A DNA stretch of 64,000 bases, from NCBI GenBank assembly GCA_964617735.1, contig CAZTXT010000002.1, positions 12,536-76,535 on the forward strand, given 5' to 3'. A program made the position numbers and the translations under genes. The notes under the pieces are model-generated. The model saw only the letters and a list, made by a program, of their open reading frames with translations, searched no databases and was not told the origin of the DNA. The DNA comes from an uncultured Candidatus Saccharibacteria bacterium (lineage in GTDB: Bacteria > Patescibacteriota > Minisyncoccia > Phycocordibacterales > DSPV01). This document shows positions 9,455 to 19,697 of the stretch, piece after piece; the first letter of the stretch is position 1, and each line of letters begins with the position of its first letter.

Positions 9455-10492
9455 CTAAGATTCTTGAACGGCAGCGAGTTCTTGTTCGGAGACCGCTTTT
9501 GTGGCAGCCTCGCGTGCTGCGCGCACGCGCCAATAATCGAGCAAGAATGAAACACTCTCGTCGAACGTGTACACCGGCTCCCAGCCGGTGGCGTCGAGGA
9601 ATTTCTTCGTTTCGGGAACTTGGAGAGTAACGTCCGTAGGCCGCAAGAGCCTGCGATCGAGACGAGTGCGGATAGGAGCCTTCGCCTTCGAGATGAGCGT
9701 CTTGAGAAAATCACCGATGGTAACCGACTTGGTACCGCCGATGTTATACGCTTCACCGGGTTTACAGTGAAGTGTAGCCTCCCAATACGCACGCATCGCG
9801 TCGCGCACATCAACAACGGTCCTGATCGAATCAAGGTTCCCGTGAACAAGTTCATCCTGCAATCCATGCTCGATGCGCGCGACTTGCCGCGCGAATGCAG
9901 ATGAGAACAGATCCGCCCGACGCGGATTGATGTAAGTGAACATCCGCGTTCGAATGACCGGAATGCCGTAGGATTCAAAATAGACCTGACCCAAGAGGTC
10001 CTGGGTCACTTTAGAAACTGCATACGGACTTGCGGGCCGTATCGCAGCTTCTTCGTTAATCGGTATCTCATCTTCCCTCACCAAACCGTATACCTCTGAC
10101 GAGGAACACAGCTGAACAATGGGTTTGAGACGGAGTATTCGTATTCCCTCAAAGAGGTTCGTGGTGCTCATGATATTGTTGTGCAAGACCGCGATGGGGG
10201 TCTCGAATGAACACCGTACATTCGCATGCGACGCAAGATGGAATATTACATCAGGCTTAGACGCGATAAGCGCCAGCGTGACAGATCCCATGTCCAGAAG
10301 GTCACACTCGTGCAGGGTAACAGAACGACGGATATTCTGCAGATTGTCGTCCGAAGTGGTGCTGTGCCAACGCGAGAGTCCGTGGACTTCGACGTGGGGA
10401 TGCTCTCTGACGATATACTCGGCAAGGTAGCTGCCGCCCGAGCCGGTGATACCCGTGATGAGTACCCGTCTGATGCTTCTTTCATTATGCAT
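9455..10492 (-). CDS. GDP-mannose 4,6-dehydratase / GDP-6-deoxymannose reductase-like extended SDR
   Basis: ITGITGSGGSYLAE, SSSEVYG, PYAVSK, GNLDSIR. SD GAAAGGA at 10498-10504. Confidence 0.85.
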   Translation of the reverse strand: MHNERSIRRVLITGITGSGGSYLAEYIVREHPHVEVHGLSRWHSTTSDDNLQNIRRSVTLHECDLLDMGSVTLALIASKPDVIFHLASHANVRCSFETPIAVLHNNIMSTTNLFEGIRILRLKPIVQLCSSSEVYGLVREDEIPINEEAAIRPASPYAVSKVTQDLLGQVYFESYGIPVIRTRMFTYINPRRADLFSSAFARQVARIEHGLQDELVHGNLDSIRTVVDVRDAMRAYWEATLHCKPGEAYNIGGTKSVTIGDFLKTLISKAKAPIRTRLDRRLLRPTDVTLQVPETKKFLDATGWEPVYTFDESVSFLLDYWRVRAAREAATKAVSEQELAAVQES

Positions 10493-10643
10493 GATTATCC
10501 TTTCTCAAGGTTCAAAGCTAGCGGCAGTCCCTTCCGCGCACACGCGCGGCGGACAAACCTCTGCGCACTATCCTAACACTTAACCCGCTGTAAGTAATGG
10601 TACGGGACATTGACTGATTGCTATATATAATGCAAAGTACATA

Positions 10644-10681
10644 TGACACCATTTGACACCTCCTGACACTTCTGATAGCTT
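10644..10681 (+). promoter_or_regulatory. sigma70 promoter overlapped by three TGACAC direct repeats at 10-bp period (putative HTH_17 operator)
   Basis: TGACAC at 10644, 10654, 10664; -35 TTGACA 10653-10658, 17 nt spacer, TGa-TAGCTT 10673-10681, ATG 6 nt later. Confidence 0.7.
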
Positions 10682-10687
10682 AACCCT

Positions 10688-10939
10688 ATGGAAAACCAAG
10701 AGATAAAAGCGGGCGTTGTATATACGACTGCCGAGACGCAGGAGCTTCTAAAAGTAAGTAAAAGCACGATAAAGCGCCTGCTCAAAAAGGGGTTGATACG
10801 CGCGAACAAGATCGGCGGACAATACCGGATCCTTGGACATGAATTGCTCATGCTCCTCTCTCCCGACCTTGAGCGGAAGGCAGCGCGACAATATTTCAAG
10901 CTGAAACGAAAGGTCGTCCGGAATATCAACAAGTGGTAG
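10688..10939 (+). CDS. excisionase-like helix-turn-helix (HTH_17/BldC-like) DNA-binding protein
   Basis: YTTAETQELLKVSKSTIKRLLKKGLIRANKIGGQYRI matches the HTH_17 pattern. Confidence 0.85.
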   Translation: MENQEIKAGVVYTTAETQELLKVSKSTIKRLLKKGLIRANKIGGQYRILGHELLMLLSPDLERKAARQYFKLKRKVVRNINKW

Positions 10940-10966
10940 AACATTGAGCAAATAATCTCTCAAAAA

Positions 10967-12016
10967 ATGGCTACAAAAAGCAAAAAGAAAGTCGCGCTCA
11001 TTACCGGCATCACCGGGCAAGACGGATCATATCTAGCGGAGCTCTTGCTTGCAAAGGGTTACGACGTCCACGGTCTTATCCGCCGCTCATCCACGTTCAA
11101 CCACGATCGTATCAAACACATCTATGATTTCGTGCACCCCAAAAAGCTCCGCCTGCACTACGGTGATATCACCGATCTCTCATCGCTCGTGTCAATCGTC
11201 GCAAGCATACGACCTGACGAGCTCTATAACCTTGCCGCCCAAAGCCATGTAAAAGTCTCCTTCGAAACACCGGTCTATACTGGACAAGTCGATGCGATCG
11301 GCGTACTCAATACGCTCGAAGCGGTCAGGATCTTGAAACTCCCGACGAAGGTTTACCAAGCCTCCACCTCGGAAATGTACGCAGGGCATCCGAACGAGCT
11401 CCCCCAGGATGAACGAACTGCGTTCAGTCCGAAAAGCCCGTATGGCGCCGCGAAGCTCTATGCATTTCATCTGGCAAAAATCTATCGCGAGTCATACGGG
11501 ATGTTCGTCGTCAACGGCATTCTCTTTAATCATGAGAGCGAGCGGCGTGGAGAGAACTTCGTAACCCGAAAGATTACGCTCGGCATCAAAGAGATCCTTG
11601 CAGGAACCCGGAAGACCGTACGATTGGGGAACCTCGACGCTAAACGCGACTGGGGCCATGCGCAAGATTACGTGCGGGCGATGTATCTGATGCTCCAGCG
11701 CAAGAAACCCAGCGACTATGTCATCGCGACAGGCACGCAACGCACAGTCCGCGAATTCTGCGAACATGCCTTTAGGGAAGCGGGGATAAAACTCACGTGG
11801 TCAGGAAGGGGCTTGCATGAAAAAGGCATCGAAAAGAAAACGGGACGCGTACTAGTTGAGATAGATCCGGCATTCTTCAGGCCTAACGAAGTCTGGTCGC
11901 TGCAAGGCAATCCTAAAAGAGCTCGGCGAGAACTGAAATGGAAGCCTCGAATAGATTTCAGAACGCTGGTGAAACGAATGGTCAAAAGCGATCTGTCGAG
12001 CACGAAGCGCTTCTAG
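10967..12016 (+). CDS. gmd: GDP-mannose 4,6-dehydratase
   Basis: ITGITGQDGSYLAE, AQSHV, ASTSE, SPYGAAK, NHES, FVTRKI, KRDWGHA. Confidence 0.97.
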   Translation: MATKSKKKVALITGITGQDGSYLAELLLAKGYDVHGLIRRSSTFNHDRIKHIYDFVHPKKLRLHYGDITDLSSLVSIVASIRPDELYNLAAQSHVKVSFETPVYTGQVDAIGVLNTLEAVRILKLPTKVYQASTSEMYAGHPNELPQDERTAFSPKSPYGAAKLYAFHLAKIYRESYGMFVVNGILFNHESERRGENFVTRKITLGIKEILAGTRKTVRLGNLDAKRDWGHAQDYVRAMYLMLQRKKPSDYVIATGTQRTVREFCEHAFREAGIKLTWSGRGLHEKGIEKKTGRVLVEIDPAFFRPNEVWSLQGNPKRARRELKWKPRIDFRTLVKRMVKSDLSSTKRF

Positions 12017-12020
12017 CCCC

Positions 12021-12851
12021 ATGATTTCAACACCGTCTCTAAAGATCATCCGTCCCAAAAAAACCTGGAGTCTCGCGGACTTGCGAGAGCTCTGGGAATA
12101 CCGCGAACTGCTCTACTTTTTCGCCTGGCGCGACCTTAAAGTGCGCTACAAACAAACCGTGATCGGCATACTGTGGGCGCTCTTCCAGCCATTTCTCACC
12201 ATGGTGGTCTTCTCGGTGTTCTTCGGCAAACTCGCGAAGATACCTTCCGAAGGCATCCCCTACCCTGTATTCGTCTATACGGGACTTTTGTTCTGGCAAT
12301 ATTTCTCAGGCGTGCTCGGGGACGCAAGCAACACGCTGGTTGCTAACGCTTCGATCGTCACCAAAGTATATTTTCCGCGCTTGCTGCTCCCGATCGCCGA
12401 CTCGATCACCAAGCTGGTCGATTTCGTGGTCGCATCGTTCATTCTCGCGGGGCTCATGATCTATTATCATTTCATTCCGAATCCCCTCAAGATCGCTATC
12501 GTTCCGCTCCTGGTACTAATTACCTTCCTCGCAGCGTCTGGTACGGGTCTCATTCTCGCTTCCATAAACGTCAGATACCGCGACGTACGCTATGTCCTTC
12601 CCTTCTTCATTCAATTGCTGTTGTTCGTTACGCCGGTGATCTACCCCTCATCGATTGCAGGGCGATTCGCCTGGGTGCTCTCCCTAAACCCGATGACGGG
12701 GGTCATCGGCGCCGCCCGCGCCGCCCTGTTGAACGTCTCTCCGATCGACTGGAATCTGCTTATATCCTCGCTCATCACGAGCACGGTGCTCTTTTTGCTG
12801 GGCGTTATCTTCTTTAAGAAAACGGAGCGCTATTTTGCTGACATCGTATAA
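12021..12851 (+). CDS. wzm: polysaccharide ABC exporter permease (Wzm/TagG)
   Basis: RDLKVRYKQT, KVYFPR, LNPM motifs. Confidence 0.92.
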   Translation: MISTPSLKIIRPKKTWSLADLRELWEYRELLYFFAWRDLKVRYKQTVIGILWALFQPFLTMVVFSVFFGKLAKIPSEGIPYPVFVYTGLLFWQYFSGVLGDASNTLVANASIVTKVYFPRLLLPIADSITKLVDFVVASFILAGLMIYYHFIPNPLKIAIVPLLVLITFLAASGTGLILASINVRYRDVRYVLPFFIQLLLFVTPVIYPSSIAGRFAWVLSLNPMTGVIGAARAALLNVSPIDWNLLISSLITSTVLFLLGVIFFKKTERYFADIV

Positions 12852-12856
12852 CATCC

Positions 12857-14131
12857 ATGGAACCGATCATCGAAATAAAAAACCTTAGCAAGCGCTATCA
12901 GATAAACCGCGAACGCGGGGGGTATGTAGCGCTGCGTGACGTGATCACCCAAGTCGCGGCGCACCCGCTCACAATGCTTCGATCGAAAGCAAAATCGATC
13001 ATCGGGAAAAACACCAAAGAACCCTTTTTCGCCCTCAAGGATATCAACTTATCCGTGGGAAAAGGCGAAGTCGTCGGGATCATCGGCAAGAACGGCGCCG
13101 GAAAATCCACGCTTCTCAAGATCTTAACGGGCATCACTCCTCCTACGGAGGGCGAAGCGCGATTGCGAGGGAAAGTGGCATCGCTCCTTGAAGTCGGCAC
13201 TGGATTCCATCCGGAATTAACCGGACGAGAAAACATCTACCTCAACGGAGCGATCCTCGGCATGACTCGAAAAGAGATCGCGAAGAAATTCGATCAAATC
13301 GTGGAATTCTCCGGCATCGGGAAATTCCTCGACACTCCTGTTAAACGCTACTCAAGCGGAATGTATGTGCGACTCGCCTTTTCGGTCGCAGCGCATCTTG
13401 AGCCGGACATATTGCTCGTCGACGAAGTGCTGGCGGTTGGAGACGCGGAATTCCAGAAGAAATGCCTGGGTAAAATGGATGAGGTGACCAAGCAGGCGGG
13501 ACGCACCATAATCTTCGTCAGCCACAACATGGATGCCGTCAGTCGTTTATGCAAGACTACCCTCCTTCTCGATCAGGGTAAGGTCGTCGCCTATGGAGAT
13601 ACCGACGAAGTCATCGAACGATACTTAAGTGGAGGTTTTCGGGATGACGCAGGGCTCACGTTACCTCAAACCGACGGAGAAGTTACCATGCGCGATTTCT
13701 CGATACTACAGCATGGAAAAGAAGCTCAGAGCATCGACGGCGGGAGCCCGTTTCAAATACGCCTCGATTTTTCTATTGCACAGAAACTCAAATCATTTCG
13801 AGCCGGCATTTTTCTTTCGACACGCGCTGGCACGTTGATCTCCCGATCTTTCGTGCAGGATTACGCGCCGGCGCTCGAAGAGATCGCTCCCGGAAACTAC
13901 CGAACGATCTTAACGGTTCCAGCCAAACTCTTAATGGCTGGCGATTACGAGGTGGAAGCAAAACTCTTCTGTTTCGGCGTTAAAAGCTTTTTTGACGGAA
14001 AAAAGATTCAACAGAGCATAACCGTGCATACACCGAAGGAATACAACGAGCTCAAATCCAAAAGCGGGACAAAAGGATACTTTCTGATACCAGCGCCATG
14101 GACGATTGATTCAAAAAACCACCATGATTAA
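12857..14131 (+). CDS. wzt: polysaccharide ABC exporter ATPase with C-terminal carbohydrate-binding domain (Wzt)
   Basis: GKNGAGKST, YSSGM, DEVLAVGD; Wzt_C-like tail. Confidence 0.93.
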   Translation: MEPIIEIKNLSKRYQINRERGGYVALRDVITQVAAHPLTMLRSKAKSIIGKNTKEPFFALKDINLSVGKGEVVGIIGKNGAGKSTLLKILTGITPPTEGEARLRGKVASLLEVGTGFHPELTGRENIYLNGAILGMTRKEIAKKFDQIVEFSGIGKFLDTPVKRYSSGMYVRLAFSVAAHLEPDILLVDEVLAVGDAEFQKKCLGKMDEVTKQAGRTIIFVSHNMDAVSRLCKTTLLLDQGKVVAYGDTDEVIERYLSGGFRDDAGLTLPQTDGEVTMRDFSILQHGKEAQSIDGGSPFQIRLDFSIAQKLKSFRAGIFLSTRAGTLISRSFVQDYAPALEEIAPGNYRTILTVPAKLLMAGDYEVEAKLFCFGVKSFFDGKKIQQSITVHTPKEYNELKSKSGTKGYFLIPAPWTIDSKNHHD

Positions 14132-15167
14132 AGTGAAACTCACTACGCGAGACCCTTCCACTCCGATAATCCGGCAGACCCCGGGCAGTAGTGGGATCTG
14201 GGGCAATTGCCATTTCTTCGTTGATGATGACACCGACACATTCGACTGGTGGTTCGTATGGAATAATCTGCACCATCAAGAGAGTGCCGTAGGACCCCGA
14301 GAACATACGGTGCTCATGACCGGCGAGATCGACACTATGAAAACCTACCCACAATGGTATCTGAAGCAATTCGGGCACGTGATCTCATCGCAGCGCTTTC
14401 TCAAACACCCCCATCAGACCTACCGGCAAATATACCCCTGGATGATCGGACATATCGGATCGGGGTCTGGGATAGATCCAAAGGATTACCGGAAATACTT
14501 CACCCCGTATGAGACGCTTGCCGCGATGAAACCTCCGCAGAAAACGAAGCTGCTCTCGGTCATCACGTCATATAAAGAACGCATCCCGGCTCAAAAAACT
14601 CGGCATGAATTCATTGACGCGCTCAAGGCGCATTTTGGGGATCGGATGGATGTCTTCGGAGCCGGCACAAACTATATTCGCGATAAATGGGATGGGATTG
14701 CACCCTACCAGTACCATCTGGCCCTCGAGCACACACACGCTTCCGAGTACATCACCGAAAAACTCCCCGACGCGTATCTTGGATTCGCATTCCCCTTCTA
14801 CTATGGATGCTCCAATCTAGAGAAATATTTCGATTCGGACGCTTTCATCGCCATAGATATTCATGACCCCCAAGGAGCCATAGAGAAAATCGAACGAGCA
14901 ATTGCAGAGAATGTGTATGAAAAACGACAGGCAGCGATCCTAAAAGCGCGTTCGCTGATCCTCAATGAATACAACATGTTCGCGGTAATGGCTGACTTCT
15001 GCACCGCACACACTGAAACCGCTTCAGCACCATCAACCGTGACGCTAAAACCCGATGAGACCAAACCACTAACTACGCGGGTAGTCGCCCGATTGCGCTC
15101 GTTCACTATCCTCTATGCTCCGGTACGTTCGCTCTATCGGCTCTATCGCAAGATCCGGCATCAATAA
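14124..15167 (+). CDS. GT10-like alpha-1,3-fucosyltransferase
   Basis: YHLALEH...YITEKL.DA.....P.YYG GT10 motif. Confidence 0.8.
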   Translation: MIKVKLTTRDPSTPIIRQTPGSSGIWGNCHFFVDDDTDTFDWWFVWNNLHHQESAVGPREHTVLMTGEIDTMKTYPQWYLKQFGHVISSQRFLKHPHQTYRQIYPWMIGHIGSGSGIDPKDYRKYFTPYETLAAMKPPQKTKLLSVITSYKERIPAQKTRHEFIDALKAHFGDRMDVFGAGTNYIRDKWDGIAPYQYHLALEHTHASEYITEKLPDAYLGFAFPFYYGCSNLEKYFDSDAFIAIDIHDPQGAIEKIERAIAENVYEKRQAAILKARSLILNEYNMFAVMADFCTAHTETASAPSTVTLKPDETKPLTTRVVARLRSFTILYAPVRSLYRLYRKIRHQ

Positions 15168-15186
15168 CCGGCTCTCTCGATTACCC

Positions 15187-16152
15187 ATGAAAAGAACGAC
15201 AGCGACAAAAAAATATCTGATATTCGGCAACGGTTTCATCGCAAGCCACTATGCGCGGCATCTCATGGCGCACGGTGCCTTAGTGTATGTGACATTCCAC
15301 ACTAAGAAAAATTGGGATCTTCCCTCTAAAATCCAACTCAAAACACCCCATGACGTGAAAGATGCGGAGCAGCTGCTGCGATCGGTTGCGCCCAACTACA
15401 TAATCCTCACCCAAGGGCTTACCTTCATTCCCGACAACGATAGAGAATTACTCAAATCAGTGGAGTCAAACGTCTTATCCCCGCTGACCATTCTCGAAGC
15501 TCTCTACCGACTACGCCAGAGAGGAGAGGGTCGAGGGGTCAAGAAGATATTGACCTTCGGTTCTGCTGCTGAATATGGAGACAGTGATACGAGAAAATGG
15601 AAAGAGAACGCCTTCGACACGAAACCCAATTCATTTTATGGGCTCGTGAAGCATTGGCTCTTCGATACCGCGCGCTTCTACGCTTCACTGGGTGTTCCAT
15701 GCGTCCATATCCGCCATTTCAACACGGCCGGCCCAGGACAGTCCTCATCGTTCGTCATCTCCGCTTTCTGCAGGCAAATAGCCCAAATGGAGAAGCGTGG
15801 CAAGAAAGGTATCCTTACGTTGGGTGATCTCAAACAGAAACGAGACTTCGTTGATATACGTGACGCGCTACGGGCATATGACTTGATCATCGGGCGCGCA
15901 CGGGGAGGACAGATAGTGAATCTGTGCACGGGCAAAACCCATGCGGTCGAAGACATCGTGCAGATACTCTCCAAGCTCTCGAAGGTTCCCTTCAAAACGA
16001 AGGTCAATACGAAACTCTTCGCGCACAAGCGCAGGCCCAACAAAGTACTAGCCGGCTCTCCCGTATGGCTTTCGTCGCACGGCTGGAAACCACGCTTCAC
16101 GCTTCCGCAAACGGTTGAGACAGTCTTAGAATATTGGCGAAAAACTATATGA
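15187..16152 (+). CDS. NAD-dependent epimerase/reductase (Rmd-like extended SDR, divergent Gly motif)
   Basis: GSAAEYG, YGLVK (YxxxK), FNTAGP, RDFVD. Confidence 0.75.
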   Translation: MKRTTATKKYLIFGNGFIASHYARHLMAHGALVYVTFHTKKNWDLPSKIQLKTPHDVKDAEQLLRSVAPNYIILTQGLTFIPDNDRELLKSVESNVLSPLTILEALYRLRQRGEGRGVKKILTFGSAAEYGDSDTRKWKENAFDTKPNSFYGLVKHWLFDTARFYASLGVPCVHIRHFNTAGPGQSSSFVISAFCRQIAQMEKRGKKGILTLGDLKQKRDFVDIRDALRAYDLIIGRARGGQIVNLCTGKTHAVEDIVQILSKLSKVPFKTKVNTKLFAHKRRPNKVLAGSPVWLSSHGWKPRFTLPQTVETVLEYWRKTI

Positions 16153-18059
16153 AAAAACGGACAAAAAAAAATAGTGCGCTGATCATCGGGAACCGCCCAG
16201 TCGGCGATGGACACCCCGTATTCATCATTGCCGAAGCTGGTATCAACCACAACGGCAGCCTTACCCTCGCCAAAAAGCTCATCGACGCAGCGGCTGCATC
16301 GGGAGCCGATGCCGTGAAATTCCAACTACGGCACCTCGATGATCTGTATGTAAAGTCTGCTCGGGAAAATATCCACGGGGAAGATATCGGAACGCAGTAT
16401 CTCCTCTCTCTCATCAAAGACGCGGACTTGCCGAGCCGGCACTTCAAAGAACTCGCTCGCTACGCGCGCGAGAAGAACATCATGTTCCTCTGCACGCCCT
16501 GGGACAAGAAAAGCGCGGACTTTCTGGAGGCTTTAGGCGTGCCCGCTTACAAAGTGGCATCAGCAGACCTTATTAATTTCGAACTCCTCGAACATCTCAC
16601 AAAGAAAAAGAGGCCGATGATCATCTCGACGGGCATGGCAAGCGCCGGCGAGATCGAACGTACCATACGATTCCTCGATGATCGCGGCGCTCTATATGCG
16701 CTGCTGCACTGCAACAGCACTTATCCTGCTCATACCAAAGACCTTAATCTTCATTTCATCGCACGCCTCAAAGAAATGAGCGGGGGCACGGTTGGTTATT
16801 CGGGGCATGAACTCGGTATAGCGCCGACGCTCGCGACGATACCCCTAGGAGCTCGAATCATCGAACGACATTTGACGCTCGATCGGACCATGACCGGCCC
16901 TGACCACGCCGCGAGCCTTGAGCCCGAAGAGTTCAAACAACTGGTCCGCGATATCCGCCGCATCGAAGAGGCACTCGGCAGCGGAAAGAAATTTGTGACC
17001 GCAGGCGAATACATCAATCGGAAAAATCTTGGGAAAGGCCTGGTAGCCACAAAAGCGATACGCAAAGGCGACGTGATCACTCGTGCCATGGTCGCGGCGA
17101 AAAGTCCCGCAAAAGGCATTTCGCCACAAGAACTCTACGCCCTAGTGGGGAAAAAGGCCCGGAGGGATCTGCAGAAGGACGAGTATTTCACGGAGGAGGA
17201 CCTTGGCAAAAAACCCGTGCGCAAAAGCGGCTTCCCTGAAAGCCGCTGGGGTATCATCGCTCGCCCGTACGATATCGGTATGATGAGCGCAGGCATAAAA
17301 CCAACCGTGGTGGAGTTACATTTCAGCTCACGGGACCTCGACCACTCATTCATCCTCCCCGACTTCCCCAACGCCGAGCTTATCGTGCATCTGCCGGAGC
17401 TTTACGGGACCGAACTGCTCGACCTTTGTTCACCCGATGAGAACGTGAGGAAAAAAGGAATAGAGGACGTCAACCGCGGACTTAATCTCGTGCGGAAACT
17501 GCGCAAACATTTCGGTAAGACACCTCGGCGCGTGAAGACAGTCGTGCACGTCGGCGGCATGACCTACGGAAACTTTGCTACGCTAACCAAACGTAAAGCG
17601 ATGTACGATAATCTCGCACGTTCGCTCAAGCAACTTAACTTGAACGGCATAGAAATACTGCTTGAGAACCTCCCTCCGTACCCGTGGTACAAGGGCGGAC
17701 AATGGTTCTCTAATACATTCATGGATGCCGATGAGATGGCTCAATTTGCTAAAAAGACAGGCTTAGGCCTCTGCTATGACTCGAGCCATGCCCAACTGTA
17801 TTGCAATTTCGCAAAAAAAGATCCCGTGGCCTTCTTCAAGATCCTCCGTCCCTTTGTGCGCCACATCCATCTCTCCGACGGAGGTGGAACTGACGGCGAG
17901 GGATTGCAGATTGGGAATGGCGATGTGCCCTGGAAGAAACTCTTGCCAGAGGTGAAAAAAACTAAAGTATCATACACGCCGGAGATATGGATGGGGCATC
18001 GAAACCACGGCGAAGGATTCTGGATCGCCCTTAAACAACTTAAGCGGTTGGGTTTATAA
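16149..18059 (+). CDS. N-acetylneuraminate synthase (NeuB/SpsE) family + SAF domain + xylose-isomerase-like TIM barrel fusion
   Basis: IIAEAGINHNG, HCNSTYP, GYSGHE, ERHLTLD; C-terminal ENLPP, DSSH, HIHLSD. Confidence 0.9.
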   Translation: MKKRTKKNSALIIGNRPVGDGHPVFIIAEAGINHNGSLTLAKKLIDAAAASGADAVKFQLRHLDDLYVKSARENIHGEDIGTQYLLSLIKDADLPSRHFKELARYAREKNIMFLCTPWDKKSADFLEALGVPAYKVASADLINFELLEHLTKKKRPMIISTGMASAGEIERTIRFLDDRGALYALLHCNSTYPAHTKDLNLHFIARLKEMSGGTVGYSGHELGIAPTLATIPLGARIIERHLTLDRTMTGPDHAASLEPEEFKQLVRDIRRIEEALGSGKKFVTAGEYINRKNLGKGLVATKAIRKGDVITRAMVAAKSPAKGISPQELYALVGKKARRDLQKDEYFTEEDLGKKPVRKSGFPESRWGIIARPYDIGMMSAGIKPTVVELHFSSRDLDHSFILPDFPNAELIVHLPELYGTELLDLCSPDENVRKKGIEDVNRGLNLVRKLRKHFGKTPRRVKTVVHVGGMTYGNFATLTKRKAMYDNLARSLKQLNLNGIEILLENLPPYPWYKGGQWFSNTFMDADEMAQFAKKTGLGLCYDSSHAQLYCNFAKKDPVAFFKILRPFVRHIHLSDGGGTDGEGLQIGNGDVPWKKLLPEVKKTKVSYTPEIWMGHRNHGEGFWIALKQLKRLGL

Positions 18060-18063
18060 TCAC

Positions 18064-18864
18064 ATGGTGCGCGCGAACAAACAAAAGAACAAACAACTTG
18101 CACGATTCTACGACACGGTGTACCGCAAGGGTGAGAAAAAACACCACACTGAATTTCTCTTTGGAAGATCGAAACTTCCTCCCGATGAGACTGCCGCGCT
18201 CGCTGCGATCAACTGGAAAGGAAAAACGGTGCTCGACGTTGGCTGCGGCACGGGTCTTATGGCATACGAGGTCGCCCGCCGCGGCGGGAAGAGAGTTGTC
18301 GGCATCGATTACAGCAGAGACGGCATCGCACACGCACGTGCGCAATACTCCCACGCGAATCTCGAATATCGCTGCGAGGATGTAGCAGACCATCATGGGC
18401 GCTACGATATCATCGTATCCTTGGGAACCCTCGAGCACATTGACGATCCGCTCTCGACGCTCAAGCAACTCAAGAGGATGCTCACTCCCAAAGGAATGCT
18501 TGTGCTCACCTCCCCCAATTGGCTAAACCCCCGCGGCTATATCTTGCAAACGCTGCTTCAGCTCTTCGATGCACCGATAACGCTCGCTGACATACACTAC
18601 CTGACACCGGTCGAATATAACGCATTCGCAAAGAAACTGGGCATGAAACTGACCTGGTCGACGTTCGATTTCAACTGGGCGCACGGCCCCAAGCTCATCA
18701 AAGACCTCAAGCGCCGCCTCCCCAACGTCTTCCGGGATATGAAGCTCCTCAAAAAACGAAAACAGATCGATGCCTTTATCCGCTGGATTGAAACGCATGT
18801 CTTGCCGTTCGATAACACGCTGCCGTGGAGCGGTGCGACTGGACTGTATATATTGAAACGATGA
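18064..18864 (+). CDS. class I SAM-dependent methyltransferase
   Basis: VLDVGCGTG, LEHIDDP. Confidence 0.88.
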   Translation: MVRANKQKNKQLARFYDTVYRKGEKKHHTEFLFGRSKLPPDETAALAAINWKGKTVLDVGCGTGLMAYEVARRGGKRVVGIDYSRDGIAHARAQYSHANLEYRCEDVADHHGRYDIIVSLGTLEHIDDPLSTLKQLKRMLTPKGMLVLTSPNWLNPRGYILQTLLQLFDAPITLADIHYLTPVEYNAFAKKLGMKLTWSTFDFNWAHGPKLIKDLKRRLPNVFRDMKLLKKRKQIDAFIRWIETHVLPFDNTLPWSGATGLYILKR

Positions 18865-19697
18865 ACACGGTAAAAGAAAACCTCAAACGCGTGCCGGTAA
18901 TCGGCAGAGCATCGGTTTCCCTCTACAGCAAACTCATCCGCGCCAAAAATCGGAAGCTCATTCGCAGGAATGCTGAACTGAAGAATGCCTTCGCGGGAAG
19001 GCGCTGCTTCATCATCGCAACCGGACCCTCGATAAAGACGCAGGACCTCAAACCTCTTTCGGGGGAGCTTTGCATCAGCGTGAGCAATTTCTTCCTGCAT
19101 CCCGATTTTAAGATCATACGACCACAATTCCATCTCTTCGTGGCCTCCCATCCGCCCGTAACCGAGGAACAATACACTGCTTATTTCAAGGACGCCGAAA
19201 AGCATTTCCCGGAAGGGCAGAAGGTTCTCGTTTCGATCACCGACAAGCATATCGTAGATAAATCGTCAGTATTCAAAAAACAAAATGTCTACTATTACTC
19301 TCTCGGGCACAAACCACTCAACGACACGATCGATTTTTCCCGAGATCTTCCGATCATCCAGACCAGCGCTCAAACTGCCAGCTACCTCGCCCTCTATCTC
19401 GACGCTTCGGCTCTATTTCTCTTAGGGTGCGACCATGACTGGATCCTTCATGTCGGTGAGACCCGGCACTTTTACAGCGAGAAAGATAGCTCACTCTCTC
19501 AAGCCGGGTATAGTGAATGGAGCGAGGACTTTGGACGAGAATGCGAGGCGTACGTAAAGCTCTGGGATGTATACCGAAAACTCAAACGCTACACGGTTTC
19601 TCGAGGCATTGCGATCACCAACTGCACCAATGGCGGGCTGCTCGATCTCTTTCCACGGAGAACGCTCGAGTCCGTGATCAAAAACAAAACACTATGA
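18861..19697 (+). CDS. Maf/DUF115 (CstII-like) nonulosonic-acid transferase-like protein
   Basis: CFIIATGPSI, LLGCDH, NCT.GG.L..FPR motifs. Confidence 0.65.
   Translation: MNTVKENLKRVPVIGRASVSLYSKLIRAKNRKLIRRNAELKNAFAGRRCFIIATGPSIKTQDLKPLSGELCISVSNFFLHPDFKIIRPQFHLFVASHPPVTEEQYTAYFKDAEKHFPEGQKVLVSITDKHIVDKSSVFKKQNVYYYSLGHKPLNDTIDFSRDLPIIQTSAQTASYLALYLDASALFLLGCDHDWILHVGETRHFYSEKDSSLSQAGYSEWSEDFGRECEAYVKLWDVYRKLKRYTVSRGIAITNCTNGGLLDLFPRRTLESVIKNKTL

Noticed and set aside
10644-10939. Prophage or ICE boundary suggested by the excisionase-like gene
   Set aside because: No integrase, att-like repeats or phage genes nearby
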